Shown: positions 48,662-60,905 of the stretch, piece by piece
Numbering within the stretch: position 1 is the first letter of the stretch
Layout of the letters: the number at the start of each line of letters is the position of its first letter
Assembly (NCBI RefSeq): GCF_001194135.2
Contig: NC_068982.1
Location: forward strand, 42,619,532-42,683,531
Reading direction: 5' to 3'
DNA: 64,000 bases
Origin: Octopus bimaculoides
Taxonomy: Eukaryota
Notes under the pieces: model-generated
Databases searched by the model: none
What the model saw: only the letters and a program-made list of their open reading frames with translations
Told to the model about the DNA's origin: nothing
Made by a program: the position numbers and the translations under genes

Positions 48662-50494
48662 ATGTCTACAATTTCCAATTTGCTTTTCCCGATTTAAGAC
48701 GGTGGTGAATAAATTTTAGGAACATTCTGCTGCTCTTCATTGCAAATCGGACGATATCTGTAAGGCTCTACCTTTAACTCGTTTATTTCCACGTGGTATT
48801 GAACAGAAGCGTTTGTATAGAGAACATGATGTCGTTGAAAATTATAACGTTGTAAAAGTGTTATGGAATATGATAAAGCAGATTTAAATGTGGTGGCGTG
48901 CTGGAAGATATAATATCCTTATAGCACATAATCCAGTTTTATAGTGTCATTCAAGCGATTGGTATTCAACCGTAAATCTATATTTTCGTCTGCTAAAAGG
49001 TAAAAAAAAGAGAAAAAAATTTACAAATGAGGAGGAGAAGAAAAGGAAAGTGACTGAAAGGGAAGAAGAAGGATTAAGTAACAAAGTACAGAATAGGGTA
49101 AGAGAAAAGAGAGCGAAAGTACCGGAAAGAACTAAAAGAAAAGATTTATTATTATTATTATTATCAAACTCCTTTCGTTTGGTCTTTTGAAGACGACCAA
49201 CTAGATTTGTTTAAAAAGGAGTAAGATATCAATTCCTGGAAAATTGGGTAGTTTTACAAAGCTACGACTTGGTTCAGCGGTTAATGTTCTTTCATTTAAA
49301 TAAATTAAGCAAGTTTATTGGCAGTACGGCACGCTTCAGTGGTTAATGCCCTTCCATTTAAGTAGTCTATGAAGGTTCGATTTCTAAGTTAACAAATGGG
49401 ACATATTTTATTTAATGGATTCAGAAGACTTCTAGAAGGTGGACTCTACCATAAACTTGTTAACGATATAGCATTTCTCATTTTTCTGCTGTGTATCATA
49501 TATCTTAGGAAGCAGCCTTAGTCGGGAATCAGACAATACTTATATCTCAATTATCACGCTTGAACAAAATAATCTTTAAGTGATCGACGGAGTATGGGAA
49601 GAGCTAAATATCAAGTGTTTTAAAGGTTTACCCAATTCATTTCTGCTACGTCAAACAAACATATTTAATTCAAACTGTAGATATCTTTGGGGTTTATTCG
49701 CTTGACTTGCACACATCTTATGTAGTTATGGGTTAGCAAGTCTATAAGATTATTGACATCGAAGAGAGTACCTACCAAGAAGCGTTCATAGTATTTCAAT
49801 TTTACTCTATCATACTTAGATATCGGATATATTCTCCGCTAGTGTTACATACTCTACTTAATTCCATTGAATGATCTTTCAATTAACATTTGACTTCTCT
49901 TATATATAGCTATGCCAAAAAACACGCATTAATATATATATATATATATATATTCTGATTTATAACTCTTTCACCAGACACTTTATTTCATGTGTAATGA
50001 TTTGACTATTTTAAGTTTAAAGTTAAACACGTCATTTCGTTTAACTATCGTTTTTCACAAATATTTGTTGTGACTATACCAAACATTGACTGAACGAAAC
50101 TTTACGGAGTTGACTTCACAGTTAAGCAACCGTAAGGACTTACAATGAAATGCGCTTTTTCACAGCTTCCAGACAGCTTTTTAAGTTTTCCCGGACTCTT
50201 TCGCATTTCTTAGCAATGACCCTATAGAGTTTCATAGGATGTTTCTTGTGCAGGCTTTTTTTTTTTTTTTTACATAATTATCAATCTTTAAATGATTCCA
50301 ATAAGAAGTCAGTTACACTCATCATTATCAGTAAAAAGACTGTGATGGTGTGATGCCTGTAATAGTATCGCATAAGGAAAAATGGCTTGTTATTTTGTCA
50401 CAAATATTCAAAGATACTAGCGAGAAGTTCAGCTTGTTCTTTTTTCTTTCTTTGTGTTTGAAAAAATATTTAACAGGTAAACATTGAGGTGTAA

Positions 50495-50750
50495 AGGTAC
50501 GTGGTCTTGTGGCTTAGAGTTCGGATTATGATCAGAAAGTTGTGTGTTCAATCCTCAGACATGAGATGGAGAGCATTGTGTCCATAATCATAGTATTTCC
50601 TTTCACATTACTGTTGTATATTCGGATGAAAATGAGTAACGCTGCGATAGACAGGCGTCCGTTCGGTGACGGGGTGGGATCTTGTACTTTCTCTATCAAC
50701 GTTTTGAAAATCCAAATAAGCTCTATCTTTATGGACCTGCAGGTTTGAGG
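50495..50750 (+). mobile_element. Degraded tRNA-headed SINE with V-like body
   Basis: GTGGTCTTGTGGCTTAGAG..GTGTTCAATCCT head; GAAAATGAGTAACGCTGCGATAGACAGGCGTCCG.. resembles recalled V-SINE-like bodies. Confidence 0.5.
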
Positions 50751-51399
50751 CAATCCGAACTAAGAAATTGTCATTATTTAACGAATGAAGAATTTCTACT
50801 TGGAAGGTAATTAATTAATTGTTTGCATTATTTTACTAGGTTTTTGTGGAGACAAGATTTAATTTGCAAATAAAATATGAAAATACTTTCATTTTTCATA
50901 TCTAAAAAAAATTACAATTGGCTCCTTCAGGAAGGGGATGCCTCCAAAATTCAAACCAGTATGAATGTGTTTTTATGGACGTTAAAAAAAAAATGAGGCG
51001 TAAAGATTATATTTTTTAAAGCACACTCACTTTAAAAGAAAAATAAATTATGACATTTCTGTTGACAGCAATTTACATGAAAACAATTCTAACGACGTTT
51101 GATAGCAGCAGCAACAAACAGTAGCAACAACGTCAACAACCATGCATAATTTGCTGAGCAAGTATGTTTGTGATATTGCAAGCAATTTTGCTGATATTGT
51201 TGAACACAGGCAATTTTTGGACATGGATTGGTTCACTCGGCGAAGGAATTGTACCAATAGTGTGTAAACATGCTTTTGCTAAAAGAATTTGTTCAAAAAT
51301 ATGCAAAGGAAAAAATGACATGCCTCACGAAAAGTGAACGGGCTCTCAAAGAAGAGATTAAAAGAAACCTATCGAATTCAGTAAGATATGCGGGAATGT

Positions 51400-52350
51400 G
51401 TACGAGCTTCTCAAGCCCGAATTCAATGCAACAGTTCTAGTTGGTGTGCCGTGCGCCTCCCATGAGTTCATACGACAATACATAGGTCGGGACAATTAGG
51501 GGCGACTGTGAAAGGTTTTGGCTGTTGCATTGATGCCGGGCTTGTTATCACGTTCATAACGCAATATGAGCATATGGTAAATGTAGACGTAGCAAAAATA
51601 TATATAGTCTAGAGAGGTCAGTGTAACTATACAAGTTCAAATGTGCTGAAAAGTATAGGGGAATATCAAAATTGTGTCTAGTCGTGGGGTTAGAAGCAAT
51701 GAAACTAGTGGTGAAGCGTAGAAAGCCCAGCTAGTACACTTTAGGACTTTCTGCCCGAGGAGCTAAAGAAGGGACATATATATCAAGAGTAGTAGATAGA
51801 AATAGAATCAGCAACTAAAACAACAGATCTCTGAGGTTGCTGTCCCAACGATACCATAAATCTCACTATGGATTTGCAGCGCTCAGAATGGCCAAAGGAC
51901 TCACCACATACTGAGGACCAAAAGCTAATGGATCCGAATGTTTTCTCTCAGTAGTACAATGCTTATTTTACGACGATTGGAAGTAAATGGGGCGTGGAGA
52001 TGAATGGCGGGCCATCGCTAAATAATTGATGGAGAAAGAAGGGAAGATGGTGTTGTGACAAGCAGGCTACGCATACACGGTACACGAAAAGGACTTTTCT
52101 CTACTGAACAATATTAAATTTATGGTGGTGAGATTTAGCAACATAACCCATGGATCAAATTAAAGCACTCTGAAATGTATGTCAATGAAAATGTGCAGAA
52201 TGAGGAGAAAGATGTAGAAAAAATATTTCAAGAAACATAAAAACAGTGGGCTATTGATGAAGATCATATCAATGACGTACCATTGCCAAGCAAGCTTTCT
52301 GAGCCGCTCGGATCCAATTCAGTGAGAGGTGGGTGCTTATTGTCCTGGAC
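51400..52350 (+). mobile_element. Old RNase H-bearing LINE (I-group) 3' remnant
   Basis: VSSRGVRSNETSGEA*KA (51674) resembles the RNase H motif PSH.GI.GNE.AD..AK; RREDGVVTSRLRIHGT (~52036-52083) resembles the downstream RR.E.VL.RLRIGHT motif, in the expected order. Boundaries are approximate. Confidence 0.5.
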
Positions 52351-54338
52351 TACTCTGACCAAACATAACTTATATAAATAGCCAACATGCACACATCATC
52401 TGGCTGTATGTTGGCTAATATATTTGATTTTTTATGTCTATTTTTAATTATACATATTTAAAATATAATTGGGTCGTTTAATATAATCGTCTATAATTAA
52501 TTATTTTTTCATAAATCCACTGGCTATTTGCGACACCAGTGCCTGATAGACATTGAGATTCTATGGATTACTGCTGGGGGAATTCTACTACTGTGTCTAA
52601 CCGGACGTCTCCTATTAAGAAGTCCAAGGAAGGGTGAAATCACGTGATCTTGCAGTTTCGGCGGTTGCAGCAATCAATAAAATAATGTAGCAGTCAAGTT
52701 CTGGGTTCTTCGTAATCGAGTGACACACTCTTCTAATAAAATTGTTTTGTGCCAAAATTAGAAAGAATTATTATTATTATTGATGTTCTTACTGTCACTA
52801 TTTGTGTTTCATTGGACCTGAAATTATGAATGCTGTTGAGTTTCTCTCTAAATTTTGTAACACGGATTTTGTGTACAACCTTTTTCTATGAATCCATAAG
52901 ACAACTTATAGCAAGAAAATGAATTTTTGCTGATTTTACTATATTGCTTGACACAGATAAACTAAAACGTTAGTTCAGTGTTCAGTATATCGTTTTCTCT
53001 TATTTTACTACTTACAACATACATAGGTCATGTTATGCATAAGTCCATGACACACACGAAGAAATCCTCCCAAACTTACGTAAACATGACACACGCGAAC
53101 ATCATGTAACTGTCTTAAATCTGGAATTATCGCTCGACAAAGTTTCCAGTTTCCACTTCATTCCTGACTGAACTCATCTTTGGCGGAATTAACGCATACA
53201 TTTAAATATAAGCTTTCATGTAACTTTCCTAACATTTAATTGTCCGTCTAATATCTAAAAAAATTACTTTAACGTCTTTAATAAGTGTCAAATTTTGCAT
53301 GTACGTATTAAAAAATATGTTACTTGCCTTGCTTTAACAGAAAGAAAAATATAAATTAATCGTAATAAAAATATAAAGAAAAACCGAAGCAGTTAAACGC
53401 ACGTTAAAATACATCTGGAATTGCCATAACTTGGATCTGATGTAATCATTCAATTCGACATCTTAAATTTGAGACTCACATAAACACACATACACACACT
53501 ACGCACATATATATACATACGGACTCACACACATCTTTGAAGATCACTTAAGAAAAATAATACAGGAACGCCTAATCTGATACAGTTGGAAGATACGGTG
53601 GTTACCAAATCCCTTCAAAGACAGATATCGCTAGTGGGGGATGGGATGGGGGTAACTAGAGGAGAAGACTTTGGGAGTAGACAATGTGAACAAATTGACT
53701 TCATAAGCTGCTGTCAGCAGAAGTCAAAAGATCGTATCGTGGGCATATTTAATTCATGTCATTTATTTCGTTAAACGAAGCGGGGATGTATATATCGGAT
53801 GATAGAAAGATGTGGAATCTAGTCAGTGCAAATATGGGTGGACTCTGTCATCTATCTAGCCAAGGTATGTGTATGTATGCATTCACTTGGTTTTTAAATA
53901 CACACACGTGCACACATATCTATGTACATATATATTTACACTATATACAGTTATAAGCTTATGTATGTATGTATGTATGTATGTATGTATATAGAAGTAA
54001 GCTTGTTTATGTGTAAGCGTACATTTTTTTTGGATCTATTATGCAACACTGGGTGCTGATGGATATAACCGTGGATGCATGATTATATGTGTGCCTAAGT
54101 TAATATAAACATGTTCCTATGTAAAATCAGAACACGAACACTGCTAATCTTTTACCACGTGGTAACAAAAAAAAAAGAATAAAAAAAGAACAATCAACCA
54201 ACAAACAAACAGAAAACGATATTAACTTTTTTGTTATACATGGATACACTTATTTCTACTCCAACAAATTATTTCAAGCATACAGACTCACACAGACAAG
54301 CAAGCATACATATATATGTTCGTGTTTGTGTGTGTGTG

Positions 54339-54378
<40 letters not shown>

Positions 54379-54789
54379 TGTACAAAATGAGATTAAACGC
54401 TAAAATTGTTTTGAAGCATTCTCTAGGCAATATAATCAATATAGACAATAAACACTGAATTTGTGCTAGAAATGATAACTAAACTGTTTTTAAATCACGC
54501 AACTATGGTCTTAAATGTGTTGTTAAAAACATAAACTGTAGTACATTATGAGGAATAAATAAAGGCATGGCTAAGTCTGGTTTGCTTTGTAATTATACCA
54601 TGGCTCGATCAGTGCTAAGGTGAGGCAACCTTAACAATATTAACACAACAAACAATATCAATTATTGAGAAGGGTCAAAATATAAGTATTTAACATTAGA
54701 ATTACGAATATTACGTGAAGAGAAGGGACGCCTCTATGAGCGCCTTTAACTGACACTGTTTTAGTTTCTTCTGTTTGGTGTCGTAACGG

Positions 54790-55092
54790 GCTTTGGGTTT
54801 TTCTGGGCGGGTTGTTGGTCATCTGCAGAATAGACGGATGTTGGGGCTGCAATCATCATCACAAGCCGACGCAGCGTGGGTCACCGTTTGTCTGTTATCT
54901 CCCCGGCGGATAGGCCCACCTACAGTGGTTCTACCAGGTACGAGGCTCCAGACGGTAACGATTTCTCGGATTTATAGAACACGCAAATCCCCTCGCTACG
55001 ACAATGCCAGATCCAGCATGCGAAGGGGCTGGCACGGGACAGCGATCGATGGAGAACACTGGTGAACCTTGTAGGCTCTATACATGATGATG
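54790..55092 (+). mobile_element. RTE-derived non-autonomous element (5' UTR-like part fused to ORF end)
   Basis: GC-rich block with ATTTATAGAACACGCAAATCCCCTCGCTACGACAA (recalled RTE 5' UTR-like), followed within ~25 bp by LARDSDRWRTLV (55029; RTE C-terminal LA.DR..WR.LV) and a short GATGATG tail. Confidence 0.55.
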
Positions 55093-55448
55093 TCTCTGCG
55101 ATCACTTATCTAGGATGACCCCAGACTCATTAAACAAGAGCATGAAACAAGAAGCAGTGTTTTAGTTAAACTTGTATCGATAAACGTAAACCGCATGCTA
55201 TCTTCAAGATAAAAAGCTTATGTTGTAAGACTTAAATCTCAGAATAATGAGGGTAAACCTGCTAGTGTTAAGCTAATGATTCGTAAATTATATCTTTTTA
55301 TTGCATCCATTTCATAGATTGCTAATCTCTCTGCATCAACATTGAGCTTCGTGCGTGTGGATATGAAAAGACTGGAATATTGAATTACGGCCGGAACATT
55401 AATGCTCTTGTTTGCTTTACTAAATTACACGAAAGTGCTGTTAGAAGT

Positions 55449-55592
55449 ACAAAACCAAATATATGGCACCCTAGGCATAACACCAACATGAATTTCTAAC
55501 TTGTTGTCTCTTGAGGTCTCTGGGTGAGACTTGGAGCCAACTTGTACAAATGAAAAGCAAAAGTCAAACATAATAATAATAATAATAATAAT
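55449..55592 (+). mobile_element. 3' UTR end of the R4/Dong-like LINE family (5'-truncated copy) with (AAT)n
   Basis: Matches 5066-5198: CAAAACCAAATATATG..GTCTCTTGAGGTCTCTGG.TGAGACTTGGAG.CAACT.GTACAAAT..GCAAAAGTCAAACAT-AAT. Confidence 0.92.
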
Positions 55593-56163
55593 ATGCCCTG
55601 GTGCAGTACCAGACAGTGGCTCTCATGACTTCTCATCTTAACTGATTGGAAGTGTTATCATGTACATTGTTTTGTCTTACTATAAAAGATGGGCTACAGC
55701 AAATATTCTGCTCAATACCACAAATTTGCTTGTCAGTTGTTTGACCTTAACCAGTTGAGCATTTACTTGGTGGCTGACGATATGTGCATCTCTGATCACA
55801 AGCAGAAGTAATGGGGGAACATCATAGCCATGTGTTGAGAAGAATTCTTTGGGGTTTGGATAATTCACCTGTGGAAACATGGGTGTTTTGTTCAACATTC
55901 GTAAACAACCCTTATTCAGAGACCTTATGAGCGGGATGGGCTACTCGACCTGAAGAAAATTCTAACTGGGCCCCACCTGCAAGTTAGTGCGCTGTTTATC
56001 TTGATATGAAATCACTGTGTCGCGCACATATGGTTGTGATGCATGTACCTAGTGTACTCTTGTCAGACAGGTAATCATGATGGGTATACTGGGCTTCGTA
56101 TATTTTACCCCAGTGTCGCTTTGATGGCATGCACTGCTCTCTCACTCAGTAATAATAATAATG
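55593..56163 (+). mobile_element. Unclassified ~560-bp non-coding element embedded between (AAT)n tracts
   Basis: Complex, higher-GC block starting ATGCCCTGGTGCAGTACCAG right after (AAT)n and ending CTCTCTCACTCAGT-(AAT)n; no long ORF, no tRNA head; recalled as a repeated Octopus sequence but only one copy is in this window. Confidence 0.55.
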
Positions 56164-56396
56164 ATATTTAAAATCTCTCGGATACACGCGATTTACCTGG
56201 TGACGAGTGTTATTACAAGATAGATAATCATTTCTTCATTACATGATGCGGAATTAGGAACTTAAATTTGCAATTAAGGAATTACGAAGGAATTACGAGG
56301 AAAAATATGCACAGAATTCACATTTTAAATTTGTTATTGCAAACTTATTACGAAGTTCTTATCATTTCTAGTTGGTGTTAATCTTGTATAGTACAA

Positions 56397-56610
56397 AGAC
56401 GGTGAGCTGACGGAATCGTTAGCACGCCGACTAAAGTGCCTAATGACATTTCGTCCGTATACACATTCTGAATTCAAATTCCGCCGAGGACGACTTTGCA
56501 TTTCATCTTCTCGGGATCGATGAAGTAAGTACCAGTTGAGCAATTGAATCAATGTAATCGTCTTAACCCGTCCCACGAAATTATTAGCCTTGTGCCAAAA
56601 TTTGAAACCA
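56397..56610 (+). mobile_element. Family B SINE with decayed 17-bp TSD
   Basis: Full body; flanks AATCTTGTATAGTACAA (56380-56396) and AATCTTCTATAATACAA (56610-56626), 15/17 identical. Confidence 0.9.
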
Positions 56611-57865
56611 ATCTTCTATAATACAATCTAGTTTCTTTCAGAAAATGTCAGCCTAACCTGTGACGTATTGATTAAACATTGTTCTACGAAGTGAGACAAT
56701 ACGTTGTAGATGAAAAGTATTACAATATGAAGGAAAATCATAGAAAGTGTTTCTTCCTTTTCTTCAAAGAACATTAGTAGTTTAGGAACTGGGGGAGGGG
56801 GTAAAGGAAGGTCGTCCTTAATGTTTACATACTAAATAATAGCTGCTTTCAGGGGGAATTCTATTTTGTGAAAATGACTCACAGTAGCCAATAATTTAAG
56901 TTTCAGCGATAAACAACTCCACAAGCGTTTTTCAATATTTTCTTTTAATTCTTATTGGTAAGTTTTTTTCCTAACGAAGTGAGAAAACTCTTTTGTTGAG
57001 TGAACATGGTACGTGGGATTTACGAATATGTGAGTAACTCAAAGTGTACGCTATATATGTCGATAACATTTTTATTCATATAATGAGCGGGCATGTCAGT
57101 TCAGTACACAAGAACGTATGTTTCTTTGTTGTTTTAAGTGTGCATATTTATCCTACTCACATACGTTTGCATGCTTATGTTCATTCAACGAAATTCAAAA
57201 GGGAATCATGGGAAATTTTCTTTACACAATATGACTATACCACTAACCTAATTTGTGCCTAGATGCATCTCATCTAAGCACACATTCTTTTTGAAGAATA
57301 TCATTGTTTCCAATTCTTGACTGGTACGATAAAAGGAGGAATTGAACTCGTTGACATTCGAACTGAGAACATCAACATAAGAAATAGTAATGGTTGGTGA
57401 TTTAGGAACAAGGTCATCAGTTTTGAAAGGTATGGATGCACAGGGCAGTTTTCTGGGACCCTCACAGGACTAGGGGTCCAGTTCTGATTTATGTATGCAG
57501 TAACTTGTTATCAATAAATAGATACTATAGGTTACATTGCATTGATTTGCCAGGAAGCCTATGATGTTGCTAAGATAGCCCTAACTCAAAGTAAATCCTC
57601 TCATCTTCCAACGGGTTGATCATGTTTGGAATACTTTTGATCGATGTCTACTGCACCTAGGTTGGCTTGTGGCTTAGCAATGGCGACAATGACTGTGAAG
57701 ATGTTATCGGGTCTAGGTACATATGTCCATCTTGTCAACACGGTCATCTCTGCTATAAACGCTAACACTGTGTGTCAACGAAGGAGCTTCCAAACGGTCA
57801 TTCAATCTGCCGGAAATAGCAGCCATGTCACTTTTAAATAATCGTTAAAATAGGCTAGAATTTAT

Positions 57866-58084
57866 TGGTTTCAGATTTTGGTACAAGGCCAGCAAGTTTG
57901 GAGGAAAGTCCAAGTCGATTTACATTGACCCCAGTGGTGGTCAACTGGCACTCATTTTATCGACTCCAAAAAGATGAAAAACTAAGTAGCCCTCGGCGGA
58001 ATTTGAACCCAGGACATAAAGACGGACGAAATATTGCTAAGCATTTTGCCTGGCGTCCTAACGAGTCTGCCAGATCTTCGCCGA
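57866..58084 (-). mobile_element. Family B SINE, full length
   Basis: GGTTTCAGATTTTGGTACAAGGCC..AAAAGATGAAAA..CTCGGCGGAATTTGAACCCAGG..CTAACGAGTCTGCCAGATCTTCGCC. Confidence 0.9.
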
Positions 58085-58134
58085 CAATAGTCAAAAATAT
58101 ATTAATATACTTTTACATATCGCTGTCAACAATG

Positions 58135-58335
58135 CAACCACCACCATCACTATGACAATCTATCATTACGAATAACATCACGACTACCGCCACCGCCGCT
58201 ACGACAACAACCACTATCAACTCCAACAACAACAACAATAATAAAAGCAACAAAAACAACAGTCATAACAAGAGAAACAACAATAACAACAATAATAACA
58301 GCAACACGACTAACAACAATACACTGTCTACAACT
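58135..58335. repeat. Degenerate (AAC/ACC) trinucleotide tract
   Basis: Direct inspection. Confidence 0.8.
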
Positions 58336-58463
58336 ACATCAAGGAAGCGATATCACAAACTTGTCCGTAGTTCAACTCTGGATTTTGACAGCAGTTCTGG
58401 AGACATACGTTTCAGCGTATGTATGTATGTACATATGTATGTACACACACACACAAACACATA

Positions 58464-58521
<58 letters not shown>

Positions 58522-58959
58522 TGTGCGCGTGTACGTGTGATTATGTGTGTGTGTGTGCGTGTGTGCTTTGTAATGTTTTAGTAATTTTGTATATTTCGCT
58601 TTTGTTTGGTTTATTTAGGCTCCCTTGTGGTTTGGTAGTTTAAGTAATTTAAAACTGCAGCAAATTTTGACCTACCATTTCTCACACTCATCAAAAGTAC
58701 GACTATGCATGTATGTACGTTTGTATATTTGTATGTATGTATGTATGCATGTATGTATATATGTATTTACATACATACGTACGTACGTACGTATGTATGT
58801 ACTCACGCATGTATGCGAGTGTACTATGTCGATTAGATATACTGCGTGTGTATTTATTTACATAGATACATCTATAAATGCATGGATATGTATAAACAAG
58901 TATGTACGTATTTATGTATGTATGTAAATATATATATAGATAGATATGTGTGCATATAT

Positions 58960-59012
<53 letters not shown>

Positions 59013-59230
59013 TATATAACTCAATATGTTCGCGTGGGGGTGGGGTACGTGTGTGCTCGTAAATGTACTTATTTATATAAAAGTATGAACATATGATAAT
59101 GACGATGATGAAGATGTGAATAAGGATGACGCAGTAACACACGCACACACACACACACACATACACACATTCTCACTCACATACACACATACACACACTC
59201 ACACCAAATATATTTATCCTAACCAAACAG

Positions 59231-59400
59231 ATTATGGTGATGACATTAATAAAGTGTTCACAAGCCACATCTCACGATGTTTTACTAAGAAAGTGCAAAC
59301 ACAACCAAAATAATATGAAAGATGGAGAAGAAAGACATATCAAAAGAAAAATTGATAAAGACATAGGAATACAGAGGAACACAAGATATATTGATAATGA
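59231..59400 (+). CDS. Candidate internal coding exon (170 nt), product unknown
   Basis: CTAAC..CAAACAG acceptor and GA/GTAAGC donor; frame open across the exon: IMVMTLIKCSQATSHDVLLRKCKHNQNNMKDGEERHIKRKIDKDIGIQRNTRYIDN(E); an in-frame TAA follows just inside the predicted intron. The polypyrimidine tract is weak and no homology was recognised. Confidence 0.3.
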
Positions 59401-59661
59401 GTAAGCATAACCACTCCCAAATGATAATGCTCCCAAATGTAGACAATGTGGGAGCCGCTACTAATAGAAATAACAGTCGAATCTCACTTCAAATCCCTAT
59501 AAAATTAGAAACTGATATCTCAAAATATGTTGTGTCTGAAATATGCAATGTTCGATTGACCAGCAGGACGGTCATGATTGAGTCGCATTTGATCGTAGGT
59601 CAACTGAATCTGGGTTGACCTAGTGTAAAGCAAAGGAGCTACAATACTGCGAGACACCGAT

Positions 59662-59663
<2 letters not shown>

Positions 59664-59719
<56 letters not shown>

Positions 59720-59750
59720 GGATAGATAGATAGATAGATAGATAGATAGA
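59664..59750. repeat. (GATA)n microsatellite
   Basis: Direct inspection. Other simple repeats include (TCTG)n/(TC)n 571-656, (ATAC)n 9445-9484 and (TCTA)n 10553-10640. Confidence 0.98.
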
Positions 59751-60168
59751 CTAAACAGAAAAAAGGGGAATAAAATGCCAAAAAAAAACAGGGAAACAAT
59801 AAATATAGAGAAATAGGGAACCAATCCCCTCTATTACGCCATCAACTCAACACCACACATAAAGTTGATATCTGTGAAATCAAAAGAAACTGTCTAATAA
59901 CAATAACAAACACGACGATATTAATGAAAATAACTACAAAGTAAGAGACAGAATCTCAGTTCTTAGTTGATGGATGTATCAAGTTACTGGGAAGAAATTA
60001 TAAAGAAATTGGGATAACGACATTAACCCTTTTCGCATCATATTTTAATCACTTGAAGTGGTGGGAAAAGCATAAGGGTTTCTCCACACTAACATGAACA
60101 TTTCTAATAAAGAAATTTTAAATTATGAATATATGTAGTTTGATTGGTAGAAATGTATATTGGATATA

Positions 60169-60750
60169 TATAGTGTCTCCCAAAATATGTATACACATTT
60201 TAACAGCTGATAACTCAGTAAATTAACATTTTTTTTTATCCCGTTAGGAACAATAGAGGGAGCCAGGCAAAGCTTTGGACATAGAAAAAATTATCCTCAA
60301 CTGCTACTGGAAGTTTGAAAGTTAAAGTGAAGAGACAGCTTAGCGGCGGAAGTTCCAAACTGATCCACCCACGTGACTTGCAATCCCTCAGATTAGAGAT
60401 AAGTTTGAAGATGACATAACTGTTCAGAATGTCCACAAGAATTGTTCCGAAAGACGGCGGACATCTATGACCCCGACAAAACAAGAAGGACACAAGAACC
60501 TATTGTCAGATTTGAAAACAATGTGAGCGATAAACGAGTTGGGAAGTAAGAATTTCAAAATCAAACACCAGCGCATTTTCGAAACACTGACATCGGAAAA
60601 GTGCATTCCAAGAAAAGTCTCTGCTCTCAGTTAAGATGATACAGACCAGAAAGTGGAGTTGTACAAGTGCCACTTGGCAAGATGTGTAGAAGATGCACTC
60701 CTTTCAACAAAGAGTGATGAGGATACATTCAGAAGGTTTGTTGGAAAGTA
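60169..60750 (+). mobile_element. Tc1/mariner-superfamily (Tc3-like, DUF4817-type HTH) transposon, 5' fossil
   Basis: TIR-like TA-TAGTGTCTCCCAAAATATGTATACACATTTTAACAGCTGAT; translation [80 protein letters not shown]. Confidence 0.8.
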
Positions 60751-60905
60751 CTGTTGCAAAGCCGTATTATTGCTATATGTATGAGAATACCCACCACACA
60801 AACACAGAGACACACACACGCACATACACACACGCACACGCACGCACACACACACAGACACGCACGCGCAGGCGCACGCACACACACACACACACACACA
60901 CACAA

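Noticed and set aside
59596-59622. 9-bp inverted repeat containing AGGTCA/TGACCT half-sites
   Set aside because: The 13-nt spacer does not match standard nuclear-receptor response elements, and such a short stem is expected by chance.
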